Assembly: GCA_002352545.1 (NCBI GenBank)
Contig: DEIO01000026.1
Span: 4,099 to 68,098 of the forward strand
Length of the DNA: 64,000 bases
Direction: 5' to 3'
DNA from: Patescibacteria group bacterium UBA2772
GTDB taxonomy: Bacteria > Patescibacteriota > Minisyncoccia > Moranbacterales > DUUL01
Shown: one piece after another, positions 9,599 to 19,017 of the stretch
Layout of the letters: every line of letters begins with the position of its first letter
How positions within the stretch are numbered: position 1 is the stretch's first letter
Notes under the pieces: model-generated
What the model was told of the DNA's origin: nothing
Seen by the model: only the letters and a program-made list of their open reading frames with translations
The model's database searches: none
Translations under genes and position numbers: made by a program

Positions 9599-12442
9599 TT
9601 AATTAATAAATTTCCCTGTCAAAGTTTTTGCTGTTTTTAGCTGGGTTGGTGTGCCCTCAAAAACGATTTCTCCTCCTGCTGAACCACCTTCTGGACCAAT
9701 TTCAATCACATAGTCACTTGCTTCTATCACATCTGTGTTGTGTTCAACCACTAAAACAGAGTTATTGGCATCAACAAGTCCCTGCAAAACTAATAATAAT
9801 TTTTGAACATCACTAAAATGTAATCCAATAGTTGGTTCATCTAATATATATAGGGTGTTGCCATTTGATTTTCTAGCTAATTCAGAGGCTAATTTAATCC
9901 GTTGCGCCTCCCCACCTGATAATTCTGTAGCACTCTGACCCAACTTAAGATATCCTAGTCCTACGCTTCTTAAGGCCCCTAACTTATCTGAAATAATTTT
10001 ATTTGAACTGAAAAAATGGTACGCGTAATCTACACTCATATCCAAAACATCAACAATGTTCGCTCCGTGATATTTAACTTCTAACATTTTGTTACTATAA
10101 CGCGTTCCATTACAATATTGGCAATCAGTGTATACATCATTTAGGAGATGCATTTCAATTTTCTTCACACCATCCCCCTGACAATATTCACATCTTCCAC
10201 CACGCATATTAAAAGAAAAATGACTAGCAGTAAAATTCTTTTTTTGTGCCAACTCAGTTTGCGCAAATAACTTCCGGATATGACTGAAGATTCCTGTATA
10301 AGTTGCGGCGTTAGAACGTGGAGATCTTCCAATAGAACCTTGATCTACAATAACAACTTTATTGATGTGTTCGACACCAATCAGTCTATCAAAGTCACCT
10401 GGATCTTCCAAACTATTATGAATTTCTTTTCTGATTGCTTTTGCCAAAATATCATTAATAAGCGAACTTTTACCTCCGCCTGAAACACCTACAATTGAAA
10501 CTAGGTTGAATAATGGAATATTAACATCACAATTTTTTAGATTATTTTGTCTTGCTCCTTTTATTGTCAGATTTTCTGAACTTTTTCTTTTTTTAGAAAC
10601 AACCTTCTTCTCACTACCTTTCTTGCCAAAAAGATGTCTTGCTGTTTTGGTATCAGCCTGTTTTAACTGCTGAATTGTTCCTTCAAAAACAACTTCTCCT
10701 CCGTCTTCTCCTGCTTTTGGTCCAATATCAATCAAATAATCTGCAGCTAAAATAATATCCTTATCATGTTCTACCACTACAACTGAGTTTCCACATTTTT
10801 GCAATTTGCGTAAAGTCTTTATAAGTTTCTGCGTATCCCTTGGATGAAGCCCTATTGACGGTTCATCTAGAACATATACTACGTCAGAAAGTCCACTATA
10901 AAGCTGGGTGGAAAGTCTAACTCTTTGAAATTCTCCTCCAGATAAAGTTTGGTTACTTCTGTTCAAATTTAAATATCCTAATCCGACATCTTCAAATGGT
11001 TCCAATCTAGCAATAATTTCATCAAAAATTTGTGAAATCATTTTAATCTGACATTTGTTTTCTACTTTCTCTATCTCATTTTTTCTTGCCTTTTTCAGAT
11101 TTTCAATAAGCACATCTATTTCACATGTAACATACTCATCAATTGTCTTATTCAAAACTTTAACATGCAAAAAATCTTGTTTAAGTCTTTTACCATTACA
11201 CTTATGACATTTCACTTTTGTTAAATATTTTTCGACTTTATTGCGAATAAAAGACGACTCTGCGTTAACATATCTATTCTCTAGCTCAGCAGCAACTCCT
11301 TCAAAAACAAATTCTTGCTTTTTAACATTCTTCCCTTGAATTGTAATCTTGTCCTCACCTGTTCCATAAAGGATTTTATCTATTTTTTCTTTTGGAATCT
11401 TACCAACTGGAACACTTAATTTGAATTTATACTTTTTAGCAAGTGCTTTTAAAACCAAACTATGAAAAGACTCTTTGTTAATCCTACCACCGCTCCTACT
11501 CCATGGCATAATTGCACCTTCATTAATCGAAATAGTTTTACTTGGGACCATCTTTTCCTCATCAGCCCTAAAAACCACTCCTAATCCGGTACAACATTCG
11601 CAAGCACCTTCTGGAGAATTGAAAGAAAAATTCTTTGGAGTTAAGTCAGATAAAGTCTTACCACAAGAAGAACATCTGAATTGATTGCTATATCTTAAAA
11701 CATATTCATTATCAACTGAAACCAGTGCTACCCCTTTTGACATTTTTGCAGCAGTTTGCAAAGAATCTATAATCCTTTCTCTATCAAAGCGATTTGGTAG
11801 CAACATTAGCCTATCAACAACAACTTGAACTTCTTCATCATTAGAAAAATCTGAAAAATCCTTTAATATAGCTTGTGAAACTGTAAGCATCTTTTGTCCA
11901 ACCCTAACCCTAGCAAATCCCTGCGAAGCAATTGCATTAACTTTTTCTTTTACAGTAGCTTGTTCACCATTCCACTTTGCTAACACAACAAGTCTTGTTC
12001 CTTTAGGCATTTTTCTAATTTTTGCAATCAAAGTTTCTTCATCTTGTTTTTGCATCTTACTTCCGCAACAAGAACAAACGGGAACTCCAACTTCTGCAAA
12101 CAATATTCTGAAAAAATCATATATATCAGTTATTGTGCCTACCGTCGAACGTGGATTATTTAGATCACTTTTTTGATCAATTGCAATTGCTGGTGACAGA
12201 TTCATGATACTTTTAGTTTTTGGTTTTTTCACTGACTGAAGAAAAAATCTCGCATGCGAAGAAAGATTTTCTACGTAACGACGATATCCTTCTGCATATA
12301 AAGTGTCGAAAGCTAAAGAACTTTTTCCACTACCAGAAACACCAGTAATTACAACTAGTTTGCCTTTAGGAATTTCAATATCTATTTTTTTTAGATTGTT
12401 CTGAGACGCCTCTTTGATAATTATTTTGTTGTGTTTCCCCAT
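9599..12442 (-). CDS. divergent UvrA-like ABC ATPase (second UvrA paralog)
   Basis: Two ABC modules ([41 protein letters not shown]; [33 protein letters not shown]) and Cys-rich zinc modules. Diverged from the canonical copy in the region equivalent to the UvrB-binding segment (VVLAKWNGEQATVKEKV versus [17 protein letters not shown]). Confidence 0.8.
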   Translation of the reverse strand: MGKHNKIIIKEASQNNLKKIDIEIPKGKLVVITGVSGSGKSSLAFDTLYAEGYRRYVENLSSHARFFLQSVKKPKTKSIMNLSPAIAIDQKSDLNNPRSTVGTITDIYDFFRILFAEVGVPVCSCCGSKMQKQDEETLIAKIRKMPKGTRLVVLAKWNGEQATVKEKVNAIASQGFARVRVGQKMLTVSQAILKDFSDFSNDEEVQVVVDRLMLLPNRFDRERIIDSLQTAAKMSKGVALVSVDNEYVLRYSNQFRCSSCGKTLSDLTPKNFSFNSPEGACECCTGLGVVFRADEEKMVPSKTISINEGAIMPWSRSGGRINKESFHSLVLKALAKKYKFKLSVPVGKIPKEKIDKILYGTGEDKITIQGKNVKKQEFVFEGVAAELENRYVNAESSFIRNKVEKYLTKVKCHKCNGKRLKQDFLHVKVLNKTIDEYVTCEIDVLIENLKKARKNEIEKVENKCQIKMISQIFDEIIARLEPFEDVGLGYLNLNRSNQTLSGGEFQRVRLSTQLYSGLSDVVYVLDEPSIGLHPRDTQKLIKTLRKLQKCGNSVVVVEHDKDIILAADYLIDIGPKAGEDGGEVVFEGTIQQLKQADTKTARHLFGKKGSEKKVVSKKRKSSENLTIKGARQNNLKNCDVNIPLFNLVSIVGVSGGGKSSLINDILAKAIRKEIHNSLEDPGDFDRLIGVEHINKVVIVDQGSIGRSPRSNAATYTGIFSHIRKLFAQTELAQKKNFTASHFSFNMRGGRCEYCQGDGVKKIEMHLLNDVYTDCQYCNGTRYSNKMLEVKYHGANIVDVLDMSVDYAYHFFSSNKIISDKLGALRSVGLGYLKLGQSATELSGGEAQRIKLASELARKSNGNTLYILDEPTIGLHFSDVQKLLLVLQGLVDANNSVLVVEHNTDVIEASDYVIEIGPEGGSAGGEIVFEGTPTQLKTAKTLTGKFIN

Positions 12443-12544
12443 TTGAAATTGTTACTTTTATCTAAAGATATAGTTTACTATAAAAAGAGCGCTAAGTAAA
12501 GAGTATAGCTGTCATAAAACACTAACTTTTTTCTAATTTCTGCT

Positions 12545-13789
12545 CTATTTATTTAATAAACTTTTAGCACGTAGTTTGCGATGATACCCTATTGCAAATC
12601 TATGAGCCTCATCCCTAACTTGTGCAATTGTTTTTTTTGTTATTCTTGGAACATTCCCATAAGAAAATAATTTTAGTCTTTTTCTAGTCGGTCCCTTGGC
12701 AACAGTAATAATTGGAATTAATAATTTCATTTCAGAAAAAACCTCTCTTGTGAGACGTAGATGAACACTACCCCCATCTATTATAACCAAATTTGGTAAT
12801 GTCCACTTATTAGAAAAACGTCTTTCCAAGATTTCTTTCATAGCAGCTAGATCGTTTTGTGTTGTATTTCTCTTTATTTTAAATTTTCTATATTCGCTTT
12901 TGTTAGCTTCAATTATGCCATTTTGATTATCGAAAACCACCATTGAACCAACCATTTGATTTTTACCCGTATTCGAAATGTCATAACCTTCTACTCTAAA
13001 TTTTATATTTGAATGTCGCTTTTGTTTATTTCTTTGCCCAACCATTGCCATATCTTGAATATGTTGCAAAGAAAAGACCTGATTTCTAAGAATTGCAGCT
13101 TCTTCAAATATCTCCCTTTTAGCTAATTGATTCATCTTTCTTTGGAGCTTCTTGATAAGCAATCTTTTTTTACCAGAAAAAATCATTTCGATTGCTTCGA
13201 TGTTTTTGTGATAATTCTCGGAAGATATTTTTCCCGCATATGGCCCTGGGCAAAGTCCGATTTGATAATCTAAACAGCCTTTCTCTGTTTTTTGTACATT
13301 ACTATGATAAGGAAATATTTTTCTTAAGATCTTAAGCGCATTTTCAACTGAATGTTTGGACACAAAAGGCCCGTACATTCTAGAAATATCCTTCACCAGA
13401 CCTTGTTCTAAATCTGTTTTTCTATAAATTAAAAACCTTGGAAATTCCTCTTTCGTCACGCCCACATAAACAAAAGATTTGTCGTCTTTTCCCAATACAT
13501 TGTATTTAGGTTGAAGATTATTTATAGTCTTTTGTTCTAAAAAATATGCTTCCAAAACAGACTCTGTCTTCTTAATCTTAATTTTTGCTATCTGCGAGAT
13601 AACAAACTCTATTGGTCTTTCATAATTTAACTTTTTTTGAAAATAAGATGACACCCTACTTTTTAGAGAGGTTGCTTTTCCGACATATAAAAGCTTTTCA
13701 ATCCCTTTTTCTTGACCATAAAAAAAATAAATACCTGGTTCATTAGGCAGTTTTGCTATTTTTTCAGTTATTTCCTTATTTAATTTCAC
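12545..13789 (-). CDS. uvrC: excinuclease ABC subunit C, compact form (414 aa)
   Basis: GIY-YIG block (GIYFFYG..LLYVGKATSLKSRVSSYF), UVR motif (FEEAAILRNQVFSLQHI), RNase-H-like endonuclease motifs (EGYDISN, LVIIDGG, RDEAHRFAI). The protein ends shortly after the last motif. Confidence 0.85.
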   Translation of the reverse strand: MKLNKEITEKIAKLPNEPGIYFFYGQEKGIEKLLYVGKATSLKSRVSSYFQKKLNYERPIEFVISQIAKIKIKKTESVLEAYFLEQKTINNLQPKYNVLGKDDKSFVYVGVTKEEFPRFLIYRKTDLEQGLVKDISRMYGPFVSKHSVENALKILRKIFPYHSNVQKTEKGCLDYQIGLCPGPYAGKISSENYHKNIEAIEMIFSGKKRLLIKKLQRKMNQLAKREIFEEAAILRNQVFSLQHIQDMAMVGQRNKQKRHSNIKFRVEGYDISNTGKNQMVGSMVVFDNQNGIIEANKSEYRKFKIKRNTTQNDLAAMKEILERRFSNKWTLPNLVIIDGGSVHLRLTREVFSEMKLLIPIITVAKGPTRKRLKLFSYGNVPRITKKTIAQVRDEAHRFAIGYHRKLRAKSLLNK

Positions 13790-14165
13790 GATATTTAGTT
13801 GACATTAAGTGGTGTTTTTTCTATATTGTAAACAAAAAGAAAACTTTTTTCAAAGGGAGATGCCATGCAAGAACAAACAAGAAAATTCAATTCTACTGTT
13901 TTGAAATCAACCAAAAAAATTGGTGGAATAACAATAAAAAAAATAATTTTAGATCTTGCTGACTTTTCTGAAACAACCAATCTCGGCAAATTGAACCTTA
14001 GAGACCCTTATTTATACCAAGGAGGGCATTTTGTTTCTAGCCTCTTTTGTGACATGCTTGTTGTGTCGGATAAATTTCAAGAACTACAAATTGCCGTGTG
14101 TAAGTTGCCTTATTTTGAAAAAATCGCTCATTAAATCTCAGATTCCAAGAATCAACGAGTAACCC

Positions 14166-17057
14166 TTAAACTTTGGGGTTGCTTCTTTGTTTTTCTAATT
14201 CAAAAGCCGCTTTTAGATAAAAACCTGTATAGCTTATATCTTCTAGATTTGCAACTTGTTCGGGCGTTCCGGCTGCCACAACTTTTCCGCCTCTATCACC
14301 GCCCTCTGGACCAAGGTCAATAATCCAATCTGCAGACCTAATCACATCCATATTATGTTCAATAACAACAATTGTGTTACCTGCATCAACAAGTCTATTA
14401 AGAACTTCTAATAATTTTTCAACATCTGCAAAATGGAGCCCAGTAGTTGGCTCGTCTAATATATAAAGCGTATTTCCAGTATTTCGCTTCGACAACTCAC
14501 TAGCTAATTTAATTCTTTGTGCTTCCCCACCAGACAGAGTTGTTGCACTCTGACCAATTCCAATATAGCCAAGTCCCACATCTTGCAATGTCTTAAATTT
14601 ATTGTATATTTCAGGGAAATTCTCAAAAAACTCTACGGCTTGATTCACTGTCATCTCCAAAACCTCCGAAATATTTTTATTTTTGTATTTAACTTCCAGT
14701 GTTTCCCTGTTATATCTTTTACCATTACAAACATCACAAGGGAGATAGATATCTGGCATAAACTGCATTTCTACTTTCAGTTGACCATCTCCTTTACAAT
14801 TCTCGCACCTTCCACCAATTACATTAAAAGAAAATCTTCCCATTTCGTAGCCCCTTTCTTTTGCACCAACTGTTTGTGCAAATAACTTTCTAATAAGAGT
14901 AAAGGCACCTGTATAAGTTGCTGGATTTGATCTTGGGGTTCTTCCTATAGGGCTTTGGTCAATCATAATTACCTTATTAACGTGATGGTATCCTGCAATT
15001 TCTTTTACATTACCAGGAACATGCATGCTTCTATGTAAACGATTAGACATCCATTTATACAAAATATCTTCCACTAATGTAGACTTCCCGCTACCAGAAA
15101 CACCTGTAACGCAGGTAAAAACTCTAGTTGGAATTTCTACATTTACACTTCTTAGGTTGTGTTCACTAGCTCCCCTGATAGCTAATATCTTTTTTGTTGT
15201 TGCTTTCCTTCTTTCTTTTGGTGTTGCAATAACTCTTGTCCCATTTAAAAAACTTGCTGTAACAGAATTCCTGTCTTTTAGCATTTTATTTACGGTCCCT
15301 GAAAAGGTAATCTTCCCTCCATGTATACCAGCTCCAGGTCCAATATCAACAATGTGGTCTGCTTTTCGAATAGTCTCTTCGTCGTGTTCAATTACAATTA
15401 CTGTGTTGCCGAGTTTTCTTAAACGAATAAGCATTTTTAAAAGTTTAGTGTTATCTCTAGCATGCAATCCAATTGATGGTTCGTCTAATATATATAGAAC
15501 TCCTACCAATCCGGAACCAATTTGTGAGGCAAGACGAATTCTTTGTGCCTCTCCTCCAGAAATTGTATTAGCTGTTCTGGCAAGTGTAAGGTATTCAAGA
15601 CCAACATTTGCCAAAAAACTGAGTCTATTAATAACTTCTTTTAAAATCCTACTAGCAATTAATTCTTCACGCTTTGTTAGTTTTACTGCTTCAAAAAAAG
15701 AAATTGCAGCTTTAACTGATAAATTTGATAATTCAGCGATATTCTTCCCTCCAACTGTAACCAAAAGAGCTTCTTTATTTAGTCTAGCCCCTTTACAAAC
15801 AGAACAAGGCTTATTACTCATGTATTTCTCAATTTCCTTTCTTACAGCATCAGACTGAGTTTTATAATAACGCTGAATGAGATGTCCCATAATCCCATTC
15901 CATTTAATATTATAGTGACCCGTATTAGACTTAAATTTGTACTTAATAGTAACCGTACTGTCAAATTCACTTCCAGGACCCTCTAATATTATTCTTCTAT
16001 CACTTGATGTAAGATCTTTAATACGAGTGTTTTGGGAAATTCCGAACTCTTTACAAACAGCATTAAATAAGACTCCGTAATAATTATTTTTTTTATAACT
16101 CCAAGGAATAAATCCCCCCTCTAAAATAGTTTTATTCTGATCCGGCATAACCAATCCTTGGTCAATTTCCTTCTTTAACCCTAATCCTTCACATTCACTA
16201 CAAGCACCAAATGGTGAGTTAAAAGAGAATAACCTTGGTTCAAGCGGCGGAAATTCAATATCATGGTCTGGGCAAGAAAGTCTTTGGTTGAAAACCTTAT
16301 CCTTGCCAAAAAGTCTGACCTTCACTAAACCTTCTGCAGAACGAAGTGATGATTCCACTCCCTCATATATTCTACTAATGTTATCTGCTATAACCTCAAT
16401 TTCATCAACAACAATATCAATAAAATGTTTTTTCTGTTTATCTAACTTTAAAGCCTTCCACTCTAAAAGATGAATTTTTTCATTATTTACAATTGCCTCA
16501 GAAAAACCTTGTTGAAAAAAATCTTTTAATAATGTGTTGTACTCACCTTTTCGCCCTCTTACAATAGGCGCCAAAAGCACTAACTTTGCTTTTTTATCTG
16601 ATTTATCTATATTAACAATCTCTGGTAAATCCATAATTCTCTCAACAATCTCATCAACCGACAACTTTGAAATTTCTTTTCCACATTCTCCACAATGTGG
16701 GAGCCCAATCTTTGCATACAACAAACGCAAATAATCATGGATTTCTGTCACAGTTCCCACTGTTGAACGAGGATTATGTGAAGCCGTTTTTTGATCAATG
16801 GATATTGCTGGTGAAAGACCTTCTATATAATCCACATTCGGTTTGTCCATTTGACCTAGAAATTGTCTAGCATAACTGGACAAACTTTCTAAATAACGCC
16901 TTTGCCCTTCAGCAAAAATTGTATCAAAAGCTAGTGTAGACTTTCCACTCCCAGAAAGTCCCGTAAAAACAATAAACTTATCTCTTGGAAGTTCTAAATT
17001 AACGTTTTTTAGGTTATGTTCTCGTGCACCTTTTATATAAATAGTATTTCTTTCCAT
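14166..17057 (-). CDS. uvrA: excinuclease ABC subunit A (canonical)
   Basis: [87 protein letters not shown]. Second module [34 protein letters not shown]. Confidence 0.95.
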   Translation of the reverse strand: MERNTIYIKGAREHNLKNVNLELPRDKFIVFTGLSGSGKSTLAFDTIFAEGQRRYLESLSSYARQFLGQMDKPNVDYIEGLSPAISIDQKTASHNPRSTVGTVTEIHDYLRLLYAKIGLPHCGECGKEISKLSVDEIVERIMDLPEIVNIDKSDKKAKLVLLAPIVRGRKGEYNTLLKDFFQQGFSEAIVNNEKIHLLEWKALKLDKQKKHFIDIVVDEIEVIADNISRIYEGVESSLRSAEGLVKVRLFGKDKVFNQRLSCPDHDIEFPPLEPRLFSFNSPFGACSECEGLGLKKEIDQGLVMPDQNKTILEGGFIPWSYKKNNYYGVLFNAVCKEFGISQNTRIKDLTSSDRRIILEGPGSEFDSTVTIKYKFKSNTGHYNIKWNGIMGHLIQRYYKTQSDAVRKEIEKYMSNKPCSVCKGARLNKEALLVTVGGKNIAELSNLSVKAAISFFEAVKLTKREELIASRILKEVINRLSFLANVGLEYLTLARTANTISGGEAQRIRLASQIGSGLVGVLYILDEPSIGLHARDNTKLLKMLIRLRKLGNTVIVIEHDEETIRKADHIVDIGPGAGIHGGKITFSGTVNKMLKDRNSVTASFLNGTRVIATPKERRKATTKKILAIRGASEHNLRSVNVEIPTRVFTCVTGVSGSGKSTLVEDILYKWMSNRLHRSMHVPGNVKEIAGYHHVNKVIMIDQSPIGRTPRSNPATYTGAFTLIRKLFAQTVGAKERGYEMGRFSFNVIGGRCENCKGDGQLKVEMQFMPDIYLPCDVCNGKRYNRETLEVKYKNKNISEVLEMTVNQAVEFFENFPEIYNKFKTLQDVGLGYIGIGQSATTLSGGEAQRIKLASELSKRNTGNTLYILDEPTTGLHFADVEKLLEVLNRLVDAGNTIVVIEHNMDVIRSADWIIDLGPEGGDRGGKVVAAGTPEQVANLEDISYTGFYLKAAFELEKQRSNPKV

Positions 17058-17143
17058 TTCAAATTTTTGAATTTAGTCCGTGTATTTTAACATATTTTTA
17101 CTGTTTTTACAAGATTTCTATTCGGTGTTTTTTCTCTTATATA

Positions 17144-17173
17144 ACAAAAATCCGGTCGTTGCCGGATTTTTGT
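17144..17173. terminator. bidirectional intrinsic terminator
   Basis: ACAAAAATCCGG-TCGTTG-CCGGATTTTTGT between the uvrA start and the stop of the 17303-18010 gene. Confidence 0.65.
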
Positions 17174-17302
17174 TATATATAAGAACTTCATGTCCAAAAG
17201 AACTGTTTATTTTTGTTTTATGTTTTGTTTTGACCTTCCAGACATGAAACAATGGGCCTAATACAAATTCGCCAACCAACAATTTTTTCCATTGTCAACG
17301 AA

Positions 17303-18010
17303 TTAAATGTTTGAGACTCTTCTTGAATATTTTTCAAGATTATTCAATTGATTCTCTGAAAGAGTTTTAGCTTTCTCGATTGAATCTTTAATAAGATTCT
17401 TTGAAAAACTAATTTTTGTTCCAGGATTCACACTACCTGTGGACCCAACATTTTTACGAAGATAATCTTCGATATAAATTTTGTGTTCAACAGTTAAGCT
17501 TGAATCATTGTTTTTCTCCAAATAATTTCTCAATGCTTTACGAGCAAGAGTGGTTCTACTGTCACCGTTGGCAGCAGTCTCAATGAAAGCTTCATCGGAC
17601 TCCTCACTAACAGATTCTTGAGTAGTTTCAACTGGAGCAATTTTAACTTCTTCTGTCTTTACTTCTTCAACTACAGGCTCAGTAACTTCTTCTGTTTTTA
17701 CTTCTTCTGTATTCATTTCCTCTGTTTTTTCTTCTCCAATAATCGTTACTGGACTCTCTTCTTCTTCCATTGCTGCAATTTCCTCACCAATTTCCTCAAT
17801 CATTGCTTCCTCTTGAACCAATTCCTCGTCTGTTCTCTTTGAATAAGAGTAGATTCCAGCTGCAATAGCAACCACAATTAGCACAGACAAGATAATTCTA
17901 ATATTATCCTGAAGCCAATTTTTGGTTTTTCCTCCAACACCTAGATCTTCCTGAATTTCTGGGGTTTCGTTCATAATTTCACCTTCCTTTCTAGAATTAT
18001 TCAACCACAC
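17303..18010 (-). CDS. hypothetical single-pass membrane protein with acidic TEEVKTEEV repeats
   Basis: TM helix (IRIILSVLIVVAIAAGIYSY) followed by a Glu-rich repeat region. The likely true start is the internal MNETPEIQ. No family recognised. Confidence 0.5.
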   Translation of the reverse strand: MWLNNSRKEGEIMNETPEIQEDLGVGGKTKNWLQDNIRIILSVLIVVAIAAGIYSYSKRTDEELVQEEAMIEEIGEEIAAMEEEESPVTIIGEEKTEEMNTEEVKTEEVTEPVVEEVKTEEVKIAPVETTQESVSEESDEAFIETAANGDSRTTLARKALRNYLEKNNDSSLTVEHKIYIEDYLRKNVGSTGSVNPGTKISFSKNLIKDSIEKAKTLSENQLNNLEKYSRRVSNI

Positions 18011-18230
18011 AACAAATCTGAAACGTTCTATGGTTAAAAAATTAATTTTTAATGTTCTATAAATGCGCTTTGAAAAGCACTTATGCCCTTATTTTAACAA
18101 AAATTAAACCCCCGTCAAGTTGACTTTTGTTGGAAAAGTGTGACTTTACAAAGAAACCCAGTATAATTTTTTTGAATTTTCACTTTTAAATGCTATACTT
18201 ATGGAATAGCAAAAAAATCTTGAAACAAAA

Positions 18231-18848
18231 ATGTATACATTAAAAAACAAAGTACCTTCATCGGTACCAAAAAAAAGTGCAGCGCCTACTCACGTCCTAA
18301 AAAAGAGCATTCCTGAGAAAAGACAGGCAATTACCTCTCAAGAAAAAACAAAACAAAAAGCTACTGCAACTGTTTCTTTTAACAATAAAAAGAAAAAGGT
18401 ATTATTATCATGGCAATCGATTCAATTTGAAAGTGTTCCAAAGTCCAGTACTTGGTATGTTGTAGTTTTTGTTGTATTGGTCACTTTAGTAGCAGTAGGA
18501 TTATTTACTGACAATTTTCCATTAGCTATTCTAGCTATTCTAATCGGACTTATTCTTTATTTGTTTGAGAAGAAAGAATCTCAATACTTTAGATTTGGAG
18601 TAACTTCTGAGGGTGTTCTTGCTCAAGACAGTCTCTATAAGTTCTCTTCGTTGAAAGATTTTTGGATATTCTACGAACCTAATGGTAGAAAAATTCTTTC
18701 GCTTAAAAGCAAAAAATCTTTGATTCCATACATTCAAATTCCACTTGGTGACACTGATCCAAACACTTTAAGAGATATTTTAAAAGACTTCTTACCAGAG
18801 AAAGAACATGAGGAAGCTCTTGTTGACTCTTTGGAACAACTAATTTAA
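18231..18848 (+). CDS. hypothetical membrane protein (two TM helices, basic N-terminus)
   Basis: 205-aa ORF preceded by TTGAAT-16 nt-TGcTATACT (18172-18199) and followed by a hairpin at 18866-18906. No family recognised. Confidence 0.5.
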   Translation: MYTLKNKVPSSVPKKSAAPTHVLKKSIPEKRQAITSQEKTKQKATATVSFNNKKKKVLLSWQSIQFESVPKSSTWYVVVFVVLVTLVAVGLFTDNFPLAILAILIGLILYLFEKKESQYFRFGVTSEGVLAQDSLYKFSSLKDFWIFYEPNGRKILSLKSKKSLIPYIQIPLGDTDPNTLRDILKDFLPEKEHEEALVDSLEQLI

Positions 18849-18917
18849 AAGTTTCTTGATTTGACAAAAAGCACCATTTCGATATTTAATGAAATAGTGC
18901 TTTTTATTTAATCTCAA

Positions 18918-18991
18918 GTCCTTGTAGCTCAGTTGGATAGAGCATTGGTTTGCGGTACCAAAGGTCGTAGGTTCGAATCCTGCCAAGGACA
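18918..18991 (+). tRNA. tRNA-Arg (anticodon GCG)
   Basis: GTCCTTG/CAAGGAC acceptor, GCTC..GAGC D-stem, anticodon arm TTGGT-TTGCGGT-ACCAA, T-arm GTAGG-TTCGAAT-CCTGC. Confidence 0.85.
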
Positions 18992-19017
18992 CATCGTCTA
19001 TTTTTTAATACAAAAAA

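Noticed and set aside
13753-14134. Small ORFs in the uvrC-uvrA intergenic region (13753-13962, 13795-13989, 13865-14134)
   Set aside because: They mutually overlap on both strands, have no recognisable family and show odd composition. The region is more likely the uvrC promoter/uvrA 3' region. A small protein cannot be excluded without expression data.
15025-15858. 277-aa plus-strand ORF, plus other antisense ORFs inside uvrA, the uvrA paralog, recG, cca, dnaN and the VirB6-like gene
   Set aside because: They are antisense to strongly supported genes. Their composition is low-complexity (S/F/L/I-rich), typical of the reverse frame of AT-rich coding sequence, and they carry no motifs.
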